The translations under genes were made by a program, and so were the position numbers. A stretch of DNA of 64,000 nt from Candidatus Thorarchaeota archaeon. GTDB lineage: Archaea > Asgardarchaeota > Thorarchaeia > Thorarchaeales > Thorarchaeaceae. This document shows positions 26,106 through 36,820 of the stretch, piece after piece. Within the stretch, counting starts at the first letter, position 1, and each line of letters opens with the position of its first letter. The notes beneath the pieces were generated by a model that was given only the letters and a program-made list of their open reading frames with translations, ran no database searches and was not told the origin of the DNA. The stretch covers positions 32,001 to 96,000 of the forward strand of contig JAOUFI010000002.1 in the NCBI GenBank assembly GCA_029858305.1, in the 5' to 3' direction.

Positions 26106-28382
26106 TCATTGTAGATATAATGCAATGGTAAGAGAATGAGTGCAATACTTACAACGAATTGGCAGACGTTTTCCCAGATCTTCCACTTGATCTGTTTCTA
26201 GGGGTGCTCCACATCGTAGACACACCCATGAATCCATTGTGTCAGCAAGCTCATCAATGGTTGTAGGTAGCATTGATACATCCTCACCAAGGGCTTCTAC
26301 TTTTACAACTGAGTGACGACCATTTTCTGGACCAGATATTAGGAGAACAACCGCTATCTTTCGCTTTGTATACTTGCCTTCAGCATAGCCACGGATGGTT
26401 CCTATGAATTCACCCGAAATTACATGCTCCTCAGTATCCACAACATGGAAATTCTTCGTAGGCAATATTTTCTCAGCCTTCGTGAATAAGACCTTAGCAT
26501 TCCAATCAAGAGTCTGCTCTTGCTGAGTCTTTTCAAGACTGGATAGAACAAGGTTAAACTCTGCAGATGTTTTCTTAGAAGGGGTCAAAAGATCGCAGAC
26601 TGAACGAATCAGATATGGCTCTACACTCATTGTGTGTAACTGATCGAGAAAATCAATGTATGAAACTGTTGCAACAACTTTTCCCTGTACACAATCCTTT
26701 GTTGGGTAGAACGTGAACTGAGGGCTTCTAAAGCCGCCTACTTCGATTCTAGATATTGTTTTCACACTCTCTCCAGCCAGCTCCATACAGTCTACCGGAT
26801 ATGCAACAATACTCACTGTTACATTTGTGATAACATATCCACTATTATTGGCTACTTTGACCTTGTAATCAAATTTACCTCCAACAATCTCACAACCACG
26901 CATAGCCTTAACTCCGCCATCTGGAGAATCAATGGATTCACCCTCCGCTTCTAGAGTTTCAGGTGGTTTGGGTTCACTCACTTCAACTGGAGGTTTTGCC
27001 TTGTCAGCCAGCATTTCTGCATATGCATTCTGCATAGCTTTGGCATGGTCAGGAGGAATATCAAATACGTACTTTCCGTGAATTGAGCACAATTGAACAA
27101 CCCGGTCCTCACGACCACCAGGTTCCACATATACTAAATCTAATGGCTCATAACACTCAGGACATTGGAAGAAACGCTTGTAAAGATCGACAAGAGTCTC
27201 TAGCTCCAATTCAGGTTTAAACAGTCTCTTACTTCTATGACTGTTTCTACACTCTACATCAAACTCTACGAGTCCTCGACGTTCTTCAACATCTCTTAGT
27301 GTGAGCGGCATACTACATTTTTCGCAGCTTAGACTTCTTACAATAGATGGGAGGCGGTCAATTAAGTGTTCATGGTCAGAAATAATATTGAAGATGGAAG
27401 GGGTTGCTTCTCTTTGCATCACACCATGAATTGGACAGACAATCTGGAATGCAACTTTCTTTGCACTCTTCCTCTTACTCAGAATATGTGTTAAGTGTCC
27501 ACAATCATCGCATGTGAGTATAGCAGCTGTTATCCGGTTAGCAACTGCATCATTCCATGTGAGTGGAAGTATCCTCTCTGTAGTGACCTTATTGCCAGGG
27601 CAAATGCACTTCAACTTGTAGCCAGATTTATCATCCTCAATACTTCTTATTGCCAGAGGTTGTCTGCACTCATTTGTAGTGAGAGTGGCTCGAAGTACTG
27701 CATCCTCAGGTATCTCAGAAATTGATTCTCTAAGTGGACCTACAAATTGTGTAGGAATGTCCTTCTTAGTAACACCATGAACTGGGCATGCGACATATAC
27801 ACGTGCTGAATTACCTCGTTCTTCTAAATCAGCTATATGTCCAGGAAGTCCACATTTATCGCAATGAACTACTCGCTGCAGAATTCTCTTTAGAAGAGAT
27901 GTTTCCAAGTCACTTGGGAGGTACCTACTTGCCTTGTGATTATTTGCACATCTTACCTCGATCTCTATTATTCCTCGACGTTGCTCTACCTCGCTGATAG
28001 CATATACAAACCCACACTGTGGACATCTGAAAGAATCAATGATGGCTCTTGGACTATCAACCTCTGCAGCCGCAAGCTGTACAGTTGAAAGAAACTCTCT
28101 TGGAAATTCACGTTTCTCCATCCCATGACGCGGGCAGAGAAAGATTCCCTCAGTCTTTGATCCTTGGATAATAGTATCAACAAGTGTCATGTTCGAGCCA
28201 CACTCTGTGCATACAAACATCTTCTTGAAAATCTCTGAACCAACATCGCTTATCTGATGCTCGGCGAGTCGCCTTGCACTTTTATGACCATTCAGACATT
28301 GTGTTTCAAGAGTCAGGATGTGGTCTTGCATCTCAGCGTTTCGTACGTACAGGGGTTCTTGGCATTTCTTGCATGAGAACAC
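26106..28382 (-). CDS. Paralogous multi-zinc-finger protein with Ig-like and alpha/beta domains and terminal zinc ribbon
   Basis: Same 8-unit array (unit 5 degenerate), Pro/Glu linker, beta-rich domain, final CLRC..CKYC. Confidence 0.8.
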   Translation of the reverse strand: MFSCKKCQEPLYVRNAEMQDHILTLETQCLNGHKSARRLAEHQISDVGSEIFKKMFVCTECGSNMTLVDTIIQGSKTEGIFLCPRHGMEKREFPREFLSTVQLAAAEVDSPRAIIDSFRCPQCGFVYAISEVEQRRGIIEIEVRCANNHKASRYLPSDLETSLLKRILQRVVHCDKCGLPGHIADLEERGNSARVYVACPVHGVTKKDIPTQFVGPLRESISEIPEDAVLRATLTTNECRQPLAIRSIEDDKSGYKLKCICPGNKVTTERILPLTWNDAVANRITAAILTCDDCGHLTHILSKRKSAKKVAFQIVCPIHGVMQREATPSIFNIISDHEHLIDRLPSIVRSLSCEKCSMPLTLRDVEERRGLVEFDVECRNSHRSKRLFKPELELETLVDLYKRFFQCPECYEPLDLVYVEPGGREDRVVQLCSIHGKYVFDIPPDHAKAMQNAYAEMLADKAKPPVEVSEPKPPETLEAEGESIDSPDGGVKAMRGCEIVGGKFDYKVKVANNSGYVITNVTVSIVAYPVDCMELAGESVKTISRIEVGGFRSPQFTFYPTKDCVQGKVVATVSYIDFLDQLHTMSVEPYLIRSVCDLLTPSKKTSAEFNLVLSSLEKTQQEQTLDWNAKVLFTKAEKILPTKNFHVVDTEEHVISGEFIGTIRGYAEGKYTKRKIAVVLLISGPENGRHSVVKVEALGEDVSMLPTTIDELADTMDSWVCLRCGAPLETDQVEDLGKRLPIRCKYCTHSLTIALYLQ

Positions 28383-28489
28383 AGCTTAACACCCGAGTGG
28401 AAAAATGATATCGATTAATACAACTGATGCAGAACTTTGGTTCTTAAGCAAATCTTAGACAAGCATCTCGGGCTACTTATATCGACGCT

Positions 28490-28978
28490 CTATTCTTGCT
28501 TGTCTTTATCAGGGGCATTTGCTTCTTGCTTTTCAGGTTCTTTTGCAGTCTTTTCCTCTTTTGCCCTTTCGTGCATCTTGGAGTCTATAAGTTTCTGCAA
28601 TCGTGTCATAACAGGAAGCTCACCACGCTGGAGAGCTAGAGGTATGGCAAAATACACGATTATGACACCACCAATCACTATCAGTGGAGGAGAAAGCACC
28701 GAAATCACTGGAACATAAATTATGTAATATCCTATAATCTGCATCAATCCACCGAAAAGCAGTCCTGGCCAAGCAAGTGTCGCGGGTCTTTTCAGCGAAG
28801 TGATTGCAGCATAAAAACAGACAAGGACAAATCCAGTGGAGCGGAATAGTCCATTTAGAAATTCCAAATAGTAGCCTAGCAACCAAATGAGTGCTCCGAC
28901 CAGCATCATCAAGAAATTCATATCTAGTACGATTGACTTTGAGCCATTCTCACGTGCTTCAATCATAGTAATCACCAA
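28490..28978 (-). CDS. Hypothetical 4-TM membrane protein
   Basis: Four hydrophobic helices and a charged C-terminal tail. Confidence 0.7.
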   Translation of the reverse strand: MVITMIEARENGSKSIVLDMNFLMMLVGALIWLLGYYLEFLNGLFRSTGFVLVCFYAAITSLKRPATLAWPGLLFGGLMQIIGYYIIYVPVISVLSPPLIVIGGVIIVYFAIPLALQRGELPVMTRLQKLIDSKMHERAKEEKTAKEPEKQEANAPDKDKQE

Positions 28979-29036
28979 GAACCTATTCGTTCATTCAAGA
29001 TAAGGTTAGCACTATGAATGATATAAGTAATTCTTC

Positions 29037-30311
29037 TCATTTACTTCCTGTAGCATCTACGCTTTCCAGCACTTTATCCGCTGATTTCTTTAATTTTGAA
29101 CGATAACCTCGTGTCGTGTAGACACGCACAGGTTTCAAAATTCTGGAGAAACTCCTTGCCATCGGGCTTAGGTCACTCAGTTTCCAAAACTCGTATCCAC
29201 TTGATCCACGTTCGAATAAAGCAATCCCATCAAGATCGAACTTTCCAGGATAGAAAGTGACAGATGCGCGATCTGGAAAATCGATGTAAACATTATGAGA
29301 ATCAATATCCGCATCCTCAGCAATCTCTTGTTCGATAGAAAAGAGACCATCAGGAGTTGACAACTTATTCAGAAATGCAGGATCGGAGATAGCACGTGTG
29401 CTGACCAATTTTATCAGATAACGTTTGTTGAAATCAGAAAAGATTCGATTTGCAGTTTTGAGTTCTTCACTTTCCTCAGAGTCGACACGAAGAAGTCTGG
29501 TTAGAAAAGTGAGGTCATCATTTTTGAAGAATTCAAGAGTGTTGTCCAGAGGTGAAGGGAAAAGCTGTGAACCAGCTTCATCAAGAACTCGCAATAACAT
29601 CAATTCAGCTGCACGAACAGTCTTATGGAAGTATACAGCATCAAACATGTTGACAGCTGCAGACAAGTATGATTCTAGGGTGAATAGAGAACCACGTTCT
29701 ACAGCAATCTTGTTCTTTGTAATGCGTGTTGCATCAAATAGTCTGTGAAATTCAAGCTGTGCATAATCCACCCCTGCAAAATATGAGTCTCGTTCGAGGT
29801 CGTCAATGAGTTCTGGATTGATAGGACAGTTCTTGATGTCAAGCCTAACACTTTTAATAGGCACACCACGTTCAATCACATCTTGTATCTCTGATTTTGA
29901 AAATCCGTGATTTTCTATTATTGTTCCTATTTCCGTTTTACCAAGAATAGCCTTAGTAATCTTGAGGGGATTGGAACCTCGCATAGTCAAATATTCTTCC
30001 ATAACATTTGACCATGGACCATTTGCGAGCATTAGTAAATAGGACGCCAACCGACCTTTCTGTATCTCCTCGATAGTAGCTCCAAGATATTCTAAGAAAA
30101 TCCTGGTCATATGTAGAAAACCAAGAGTTCTACCGAGGAGTGCAATGTCCGCCCCGGGATAGACTAATGAAAGACCAGCGGGACCCTTGATATACCTAAG
30201 TCTCTGAGATATCCGATGATCAATAAGCTGTTTCTCTACGTCTGAGAGACTTATGTAACCATGAATGGGATCCTTGATTTGGAGGACAGAGGGAAAATCT
30301 GTAATAGGCAT
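29037..30311 (-). CDS. HD-superfamily (SAMHD1/dNTPase-like) protein with degenerate active site
   Basis: IKDPIHGYI, QRLRYIK, VYPGA, RDSYF.GV and VYFHKTVRAAE retained; metal-binding His/Asp residues absent. Confidence 0.85.
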   Translation of the reverse strand: MPITDFPSVLQIKDPIHGYISLSDVEKQLIDHRISQRLRYIKGPAGLSLVYPGADIALLGRTLGFLHMTRIFLEYLGATIEEIQKGRLASYLLMLANGPWSNVMEEYLTMRGSNPLKITKAILGKTEIGTIIENHGFSKSEIQDVIERGVPIKSVRLDIKNCPINPELIDDLERDSYFAGVDYAQLEFHRLFDATRITKNKIAVERGSLFTLESYLSAAVNMFDAVYFHKTVRAAELMLLRVLDEAGSQLFPSPLDNTLEFFKNDDLTFLTRLLRVDSEESEELKTANRIFSDFNKRYLIKLVSTRAISDPAFLNKLSTPDGLFSIEQEIAEDADIDSHNVYIDFPDRASVTFYPGKFDLDGIALFERGSSGYEFWKLSDLSPMARSFSRILKPVRVYTTRGYRSKLKKSADKVLESVDATGSK

Positions 30312-30375
30312 CTGAATTCAACCCAATATTTACTCAACTGAATGGTATAAAAGTGTCTGAAATACATAACCCTGC

Positions 30376-32265
30376 TTGCTGCTAGGAGAACCTTCATCAA
30401 TGAGTAGGTTTAGTGCCCTATCTATGAACCAGCTGTGGTTTGCGATAATGGTTTGCCTGATGCTGTTTACGCCATCAGATTGCCAAGCTATTGTAAACAC
30501 AGCAGAGGTAAGTATCACGTCAGAAGCCTCACAAATACCAGACCGCCGGATCTATGGAGAGAATATTGCATCAGAGGTATATGCAATTCCAACCTACACT
30601 GGATTTCAAGACCTGGTACATAAATTCACTGAGAATCATTCCAGATGGGTCATGGACCAGGCAATGGTCGATAGAGGAGCTAATATGTATGCTAGAAATT
30701 ATATCGTTGAGCAGCTCAAAGATAGATCTTCGGGGCGTATTGAGGTGGAGATAATTGGTAATCACAAGAATGTAGTAGGTCGACTTCCAGGATATTTGCC
30801 AGGAGATGATAATCCAGTACTTGTAGTATCTGCCCATTATGATTCTGTAAAGGATTCAGACGGGGCTAATGCCGATGGAAGTGGTATCGCGGTTGTCCTT
30901 GAGCTTGCATATGCAATGTCGCAATACATGTGGCCGCTGGATATCTACTTCATTGCGTTTAATGCACTCTATTCATTTCAATTCATGAGTGGTAGTCCGG
31001 AAGTAGCAAATGTGCTCCAACAAAGAGGAATTGATATTCTCGCCATGTACAATGTCGATACCATTCTAGTTACAGATTCAGCACTTCCCTCGGATGAACG
31101 AATCCAGATAGGCTATCTTTCAGGATCCGTTGAAACCTATCACCAAAGCAAATACTGGGGAGATCTAGCACGGATGATTAGCAATAACTATGGAATGAAT
31201 TCATTCGTTCCGATTCCATCTGGTATATTCTACTTATGGGAAACCTCAGATCAGGAGGCATTCTATCAGCGCGGTTATAATAATATACTATGTGTCTTCG
31301 AATCAGGACTCGCAATAGATGGTAGCTATCACAATGTGAATGATCGATGGGACTATCGACAGCTAAACTATAATCTAGGTAAGGAAACCGCAGCTGTCAT
31401 TGGAGCCAGTATGGCTTTCACAATGGGTAGGAAATATGGAGAACCTGTCCAACTCAAATACAATTTTATTATAGGTGGGGGCCGCATCGAGAAATTCTAC
31501 ATGGCAGTCACCACATCCACAATATTGAACATTACAGTTCGTTGGTTCGGTGGCTCAACCTCATACAACGTGTACAATCCAAGTAATACTCTTGTAGCTA
31601 GCGCAATCTGTGATTATACTTCAGCCTGGGTTCCAACTAACATCCTGAATATACCTGTAACCGCTAAGGGTCTGTATGCTCTTGAAATTGAAAATACAAA
31701 CTTTGTCAGTGTTGGTTATGAGTTGACTATTACGTATGATTCAGATATCGACGGTAACGGGATTCTGGATAGCCAGGAATACTGGCTTGATGAGAGTCTG
31801 TTTGTGACAGACCAGGACAATGATGGTATCAGTGATGCAGAAGAGATATTCCTAGGGACAGATGGCAATCAGGTTGATTCTGACGGCGATACGATGGATG
31901 ACAAATACGAAGTTGACATGGGATTCGACCCCAATGATGCATCAGATGGAAATCTCGACGCTGACTCGGATGGACTAACAAATGCACAAGAGTACTCTGG
32001 GGGATTGAATCCGTTTTCATCTGATTCGGATGGTGACTCAATAGATGACCTATGGGAATTAGAGAATGGTCTTAATCCATTGATAGATGACGCAGCACTT
32101 GATCCTGATGGGGACGGGAGGACGAATCTTGAGGAGTATCTAGCCGGCACGAATCCGCAGATTGCAGAATTCAGTTCACCTCCAATTCTTTTCATAGTCT
32201 CGCCAATTGCCATCGTTGCAACTATCGCAGGATTTGTTTACTTTCGAAATAGAAAATTTGTGTAG
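30376..32265 (+). CDS. Secreted M28 peptidase-like protein with Asp-rich Ca-binding repeats and C-terminal TM (probably inactive)
   Basis: SAHYDS and GANADGSG present, EE motif absent; DxDxDG repeats; start uncertain. Confidence 0.8.
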   Translation: MLLGEPSSMSRFSALSMNQLWFAIMVCLMLFTPSDCQAIVNTAEVSITSEASQIPDRRIYGENIASEVYAIPTYTGFQDLVHKFTENHSRWVMDQAMVDRGANMYARNYIVEQLKDRSSGRIEVEIIGNHKNVVGRLPGYLPGDDNPVLVVSAHYDSVKDSDGANADGSGIAVVLELAYAMSQYMWPLDIYFIAFNALYSFQFMSGSPEVANVLQQRGIDILAMYNVDTILVTDSALPSDERIQIGYLSGSVETYHQSKYWGDLARMISNNYGMNSFVPIPSGIFYLWETSDQEAFYQRGYNNILCVFESGLAIDGSYHNVNDRWDYRQLNYNLGKETAAVIGASMAFTMGRKYGEPVQLKYNFIIGGGRIEKFYMAVTTSTILNITVRWFGGSTSYNVYNPSNTLVASAICDYTSAWVPTNILNIPVTAKGLYALEIENTNFVSVGYELTITYDSDIDGNGILDSQEYWLDESLFVTDQDNDGISDAEEIFLGTDGNQVDSDGDTMDDKYEVDMGFDPNDASDGNLDADSDGLTNAQEYSGGLNPFSSDSDGDSIDDLWELENGLNPLIDDAALDPDGDGRTNLEEYLAGTNPQIAEFSSPPILFIVSPIAIVATIAGFVYFRNRKFV

Positions 32266-32278
32266 ATAAAGAGGCGAG

Positions 32279-34096
32279 ATGATGAATAAGATTCTGTTAG
32301 GAGTGTTCATTTGTGTCTCACTTTTCTCAGCCTCATTTGGAGTTACAAGTTTTCCTCATTCTCAAAAGACCATTGACACAGTATATACCGTTTCTGAGAA
32401 CCTAGAGAGAGTCTATGGTGTTGACTACTCGAGAACCATTTTCCAAACAATTTCAGCGAATTCATTCAAAGATTATGTCATCAAGTTGACCGAGAACGGT
32501 TCTAGGTGGATTCAATCACCCACATTGATGAGCGAGGCTAATTCTGCTGCTAGGAATTGGATTGCCAATGAGCTCATCGCAGTTTCTAACAGCAGAATAG
32601 AGGTCGAGGTTCTAGGAGAATATCATTCGGTTCTTGGGCGCCTACCTGGATACCTTCCAAACAATGCACCCGCAATACTTGTCGGAGGTCATTATGATGG
32701 TCTCGCTGTTGGAGCTGGTGCAAATGATGATGGGAGTGGAGTAGCTGCCATCCTCGAGCTTGCTCGAGTCCTATCACAATACAACTGGCCACTTGACATT
32801 TATTTTGGAGCGTGGAATGCAGAAGAAATCGGATTATTGGGATCTGGTGAAGTAGCTCATATATTGAGCTTGAGAGGTGTTGAACTACTTGTTCACTATA
32901 ATATCGATATGCTCTTGGTTCCCCATCCAGAGAGGCTATCTGTTTTAATGGCATATCCTGTTGGGTCATATCATGATGGGAAGTATTGGGCGGATCTTCC
33001 CAGAGCATTGAGTAGCAATTATGGTCGTAATGGGATTGAACCGATAATCTCAAGTGATTTTTCTGGTTGGCAATCGTCCGACCATTGGCCATTCATCCAA
33101 AGGGGCTATCTGAGGTCTCTGTTTGCCCATGAGAGTGGATTTGCCTACGATTATGCATATCATACAAGCGGAGATGTGTGGAATAATCCACTCTATAATT
33201 ATGGAGTAGCAATCGAGGGTGTAAAGGCAATCGGTGCAAGTATTGCTTTCACCATGGGAAGAGCATACCAACAATTAATCCTTGAGAACCACAAGATAAC
33301 TCTGAATCCGGGATCTCAGAAGAATTATTCAATAACTATCACAGGACAGACAATAATCAATGTTACAAGTCGATGGTGGGGTGGATCAATTTCATTCAAA
33401 CTGTACAATCCGGAGAATCAACTTCTAAAAGAAGTAATACGAGATCAGACATCACCGTGGGAGATGTCAGTTGTCATTCAGCAGACTGTTAATACAGAAG
33501 GCGTTTACAAGTTGTTCGTTCTCAATCAGGGGAGTACTAGTACCGGATGTGATTTGACCTATGAATATGACTCAGATATTGATGGAAATGATGTACCAGA
33601 TAGCGAAGAGTTTTGGTTTGATGCAAGCTACTTCATGCTCGACAGTGATTTAGATACTCTCAGTGATGGGCAAGAAATGATACTCGGAACATCTTGGGTC
33701 AATGCGGATTCAGATTTTGATTCTATACCTGATAATTGGGAAATCAATTTTGGACTAAATCCACTGGATCCCAGCGATGCATTAGGAGATGAGGATGGAG
33801 ACACACTCACTAATTTGGAGGAGTATCAACATAACAGTAATCCACTTCTAGTTGATTCTGACTTCGATCAAATGCCAGATGATTTTGAGGTTGCACACAA
33901 TCTTAATCCAGCTGTCGATGATTCCCAAGAAGATCCTGATCAAGATTTAGTCTCGAATCTTGATGAATATCTTGAGGGGACAGATCCGCAGTATGCTGAG
34001 CTGCGCCTGGAGAGATTTGCCATACCCATCACAGGTCTTTTGATTGTGATTATCATTATAGCAGCTGGAATCGTTCTATGGAACAAGAAACGCTAG
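32279..34096 (+). CDS. Secreted M28 peptidase with Asp-rich Ca-binding repeats and C-terminal TM
   Basis: GHYD, GANDDGSG, NAEEIGLLGS, NIDM, SDH and YHT motifs intact. Confidence 0.9.
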   Translation: MMNKILLGVFICVSLFSASFGVTSFPHSQKTIDTVYTVSENLERVYGVDYSRTIFQTISANSFKDYVIKLTENGSRWIQSPTLMSEANSAARNWIANELIAVSNSRIEVEVLGEYHSVLGRLPGYLPNNAPAILVGGHYDGLAVGAGANDDGSGVAAILELARVLSQYNWPLDIYFGAWNAEEIGLLGSGEVAHILSLRGVELLVHYNIDMLLVPHPERLSVLMAYPVGSYHDGKYWADLPRALSSNYGRNGIEPIISSDFSGWQSSDHWPFIQRGYLRSLFAHESGFAYDYAYHTSGDVWNNPLYNYGVAIEGVKAIGASIAFTMGRAYQQLILENHKITLNPGSQKNYSITITGQTIINVTSRWWGGSISFKLYNPENQLLKEVIRDQTSPWEMSVVIQQTVNTEGVYKLFVLNQGSTSTGCDLTYEYDSDIDGNDVPDSEEFWFDASYFMLDSDLDTLSDGQEMILGTSWVNADSDFDSIPDNWEINFGLNPLDPSDALGDEDGDTLTNLEEYQHNSNPLLVDSDFDQMPDDFEVAHNLNPAVDDSQEDPDQDLVSNLDEYLEGTDPQYAELRLERFAIPITGLLIVIIIIAAGIVLWNKKR

Positions 34097-34168
34097 GTAA
34101 AAAGGGTACACTCGATAAACATTCAAAACTAGGATATCCTTAACGAAAGATGGGACTGGTGCACGTTT

Positions 34169-35281
34169 TTGTCAGAACATGGGAAGAAACCTCTTAGATT
34201 AATTGAGATACAAGAGAGTGTGCTTCCTGAAGATGAGTGGATTATTGGCATTTCCATTCTCGACTATTTCAATGGCGTGGGGTACTCAATGCCAAGCAGC
34301 ATGAGATTGGACCGAAATCTTTTGCAGGATACAGGTTTACTTACTGGGGGTATACTAACATCAGATCTCACAGCAAGCTCAAACATCGATGATCAATTAA
34401 AAACCGAATCCGTAGAAAACGAAGAGGAGGATAGCCTCCTTTCAGGAATCTACAAACATGAAACCGACCCAGTTAAAGCTTCAAGTAGAATAGAAAACAA
34501 GGGGCTTCATATTGATTTTCCTCAAAGTTCAATGATTATTGAGAGTTTATTAAATAGTAATGAAACTGCCAACCTGTATGCATTCCTGCCTGGTATCTTC
34601 TATTGTTCAGGACAACAGACATCAGTTGATGCGGTCTTGATAGAAGTGACTCAAACTCAACGATTCGGGATGACCTTATCGAGTTTCCGCCCAGAAGATG
34701 TTCGAGCTCTTGATGTCAGCGAGGGATTTGTGTTCAATGAGGATGGCGGTAAAAGATCTGTCAAGGTTACCTTGGACACATTAGGAAGCTTTCATTTTGA
34801 AGATTTTCTCAAAGACTCTGGCTTATCAACCGAGATTATGAGCTACTCCAAAGAAGTAGAATTGGCAAAACGTCTAGCAGGTCTAATCTCCTTTGCGGAG
34901 CTTATGAGAGCTTATGCTTCTAGTTCGTTTCTTCGGTCTAGACTTGTGAAACTCTTAGATGATATAGACTTCTTTGGGCTAGCACCACGTCGACGAATCT
35001 ATGTGAGAAATGAGAAACACCCGTATGGTAGAGTAGTCGAAGTCAATTATCGAGGATTTGATTCTGTTCTCAATCTTGGAGTTGAATCGGGAATCTCATG
35101 TGCTGATGAAATCGATCTTGAACATCAATTGAACAATCTTGTTTTCACGAAACTCATGGGCACCGGGATTGAAACAGACGTAGAAGTTGCAATAATGGAA
35201 ATGTTCCAACTAATCGAAGCTGGATTCAAGGGCAAGGTATCACATAGAGAAGTGTTGAACACGCTCTCAAGGGAGGACTAG
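34169..35281 (+). CDS. Hypothetical protein
   Basis: 370-aa ORF; ends in GGGAGG, positioned as the SD of the next gene. Confidence 0.7.
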   Translation: MSEHGKKPLRLIEIQESVLPEDEWIIGISILDYFNGVGYSMPSSMRLDRNLLQDTGLLTGGILTSDLTASSNIDDQLKTESVENEEEDSLLSGIYKHETDPVKASSRIENKGLHIDFPQSSMIIESLLNSNETANLYAFLPGIFYCSGQQTSVDAVLIEVTQTQRFGMTLSSFRPEDVRALDVSEGFVFNEDGGKRSVKVTLDTLGSFHFEDFLKDSGLSTEIMSYSKEVELAKRLAGLISFAELMRAYASSSFLRSRLVKLLDDIDFFGLAPRRRIYVRNEKHPYGRVVEVNYRGFDSVLNLGVESGISCADEIDLEHQLNNLVFTKLMGTGIETDVEVAIMEMFQLIEAGFKGKVSHREVLNTLSRED

Positions 35282-35283
35282 AG

Positions 35284-36819
35284 ATGAAAGAACTGACTGA
35301 AGTAGCCAAAATGATTGTCAACAATCTTCATCTAAGCCTAGTCTTCAAGACCATTTCAGAGTATCAAAAAAAGGACGCATTTGAGATTCGGGATGAATTA
35401 GGATTAGCTAGTTATTCTGAAATATCAACTAATCCATTTGACCTACTTGAAACAGTAAAGCGACACATCCTTACAAGAGCCTTCCAAGATAAGGAAAAGG
35501 TAGAATTTCTCATGACAGTACAGTCATGGGCAGGCTTCAAACCAAACCGCGCATATCTTGAAACTGGAGACCAAGCAATTCTTGCAGGAAAACGTAGTGC
35601 ACTAGCTATTCTATGGGTTATGATATTACCCAAGGTAGCTGTGAGTCCCACGATACTCCCAAGTGATATCGAAAATCAGGGTTTGGTAACTCTGGTGGAG
35701 AGTATATTATTATCAGACGAGTCTCGAGCTGAACTCAATCAGGTCGTTTCGCTCGAAATGATCAATAGGGGTTTTATTGAGGAGTATTTTGACATTAATG
35801 GAATTGAGAGTGGTTTTGCGATCGATGATTCTATGAGAAGAAGCAGGTTGCGAACGATGCTTGCACTCATGTTGATGAAAGGTTCGGATTTCCCGTTTAA
35901 TCTTGATGAAGTATTCAATCTTCCAGAACACAGACTCATTGAAGAAACCGCCCTGTATATAATGACTAAGCAGGCAATGGCATCTCTATCATACCAAATT
36001 TCCGGAAGCGGATCAAGTAGACCTTTTGACTGGCCACTTGTAGGCACAGCAAGGGTATTTTCAAGATTGATGCTGACTCTTGATGTACTTAGGAAATTTG
36101 CGTCTAAGATGACGACATGTTCACTCTTCAAATCGGTAGCACAAGGATCGCAACGGGTATGGACAGAGTGGGAGTTCACATCATACCTCATCAAAGAGAT
36201 TACGGATTATTATGCCAGCCTCCTCAGAGAGCGTCCGAGTAAGGGAAAGAACGAAGAACTTGATGCCTTTGTAGATATTTTGAAGGGAGAAAATATCGAG
36301 ATTACGACTTCTATCATGGAGTCGGATGATAAAGCTTTAACAATTTATGAAGAATTATCAGATTGTAAGAGAAGAGCACAAATTGGTGAAAAGCCACAAA
36401 TCTCTCCAGAACGTCGTTTTCGGGTTGTTCTCTCCAATCTAAAGCAACAACTTACGGAAGCTCGCACTTATGCATTGGCTGCTGACGAACTTGTTGAGGA
36501 AATAGTAGATGCGTTTGATGCCATTGCAGAGTTGATTGAGAAACATATAGACTCACTAGGCTCGGAAGTGGACAAATTTACTGAGGAAATCTGCTTCGAA
36601 ACCTCATTTCGTATCCTTGAAATTCTAAACCTTGGAGCATCGCTCAATAATCTTCCTTGGGTTTCAAGATTCATCGCAGAGGAAGCAACAAGAACAAGCA
36701 TAGCCCGAGGTGATATTGAAAGCCTTGAAGAACAACATAGGATGAAACGTATTGTTTCTGCCTTTGCAGGTGGCGTAGCATACTTAGTCCTCCAAGCCCA
36801 GAGAAAAGACTTGGAGTGA
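35284..36819 (+). CDS. Hypothetical alpha-helical protein
   Basis: 511-aa ORF starting 2 nt after the previous stop. Confidence 0.75.
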   Translation: MKELTEVAKMIVNNLHLSLVFKTISEYQKKDAFEIRDELGLASYSEISTNPFDLLETVKRHILTRAFQDKEKVEFLMTVQSWAGFKPNRAYLETGDQAILAGKRSALAILWVMILPKVAVSPTILPSDIENQGLVTLVESILLSDESRAELNQVVSLEMINRGFIEEYFDINGIESGFAIDDSMRRSRLRTMLALMLMKGSDFPFNLDEVFNLPEHRLIEETALYIMTKQAMASLSYQISGSGSSRPFDWPLVGTARVFSRLMLTLDVLRKFASKMTTCSLFKSVAQGSQRVWTEWEFTSYLIKEITDYYASLLRERPSKGKNEELDAFVDILKGENIEITTSIMESDDKALTIYEELSDCKRRAQIGEKPQISPERRFRVVLSNLKQQLTEARTYALAADELVEEIVDAFDAIAELIEKHIDSLGSEVDKFTEEICFETSFRILEILNLGASLNNLPWVSRFIAEEATRTSIARGDIESLEEQHRMKRIVSAFAGGVAYLVLQAQRKDLE

Positions 36820-36820
36820 G

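Noticed and set aside
31740-33990. Asp-rich DxDxDG repeats as a DNA repeat element
   Set aside because: Protein-level Ca-binding repeats within the M28 genes; diverged at DNA level.
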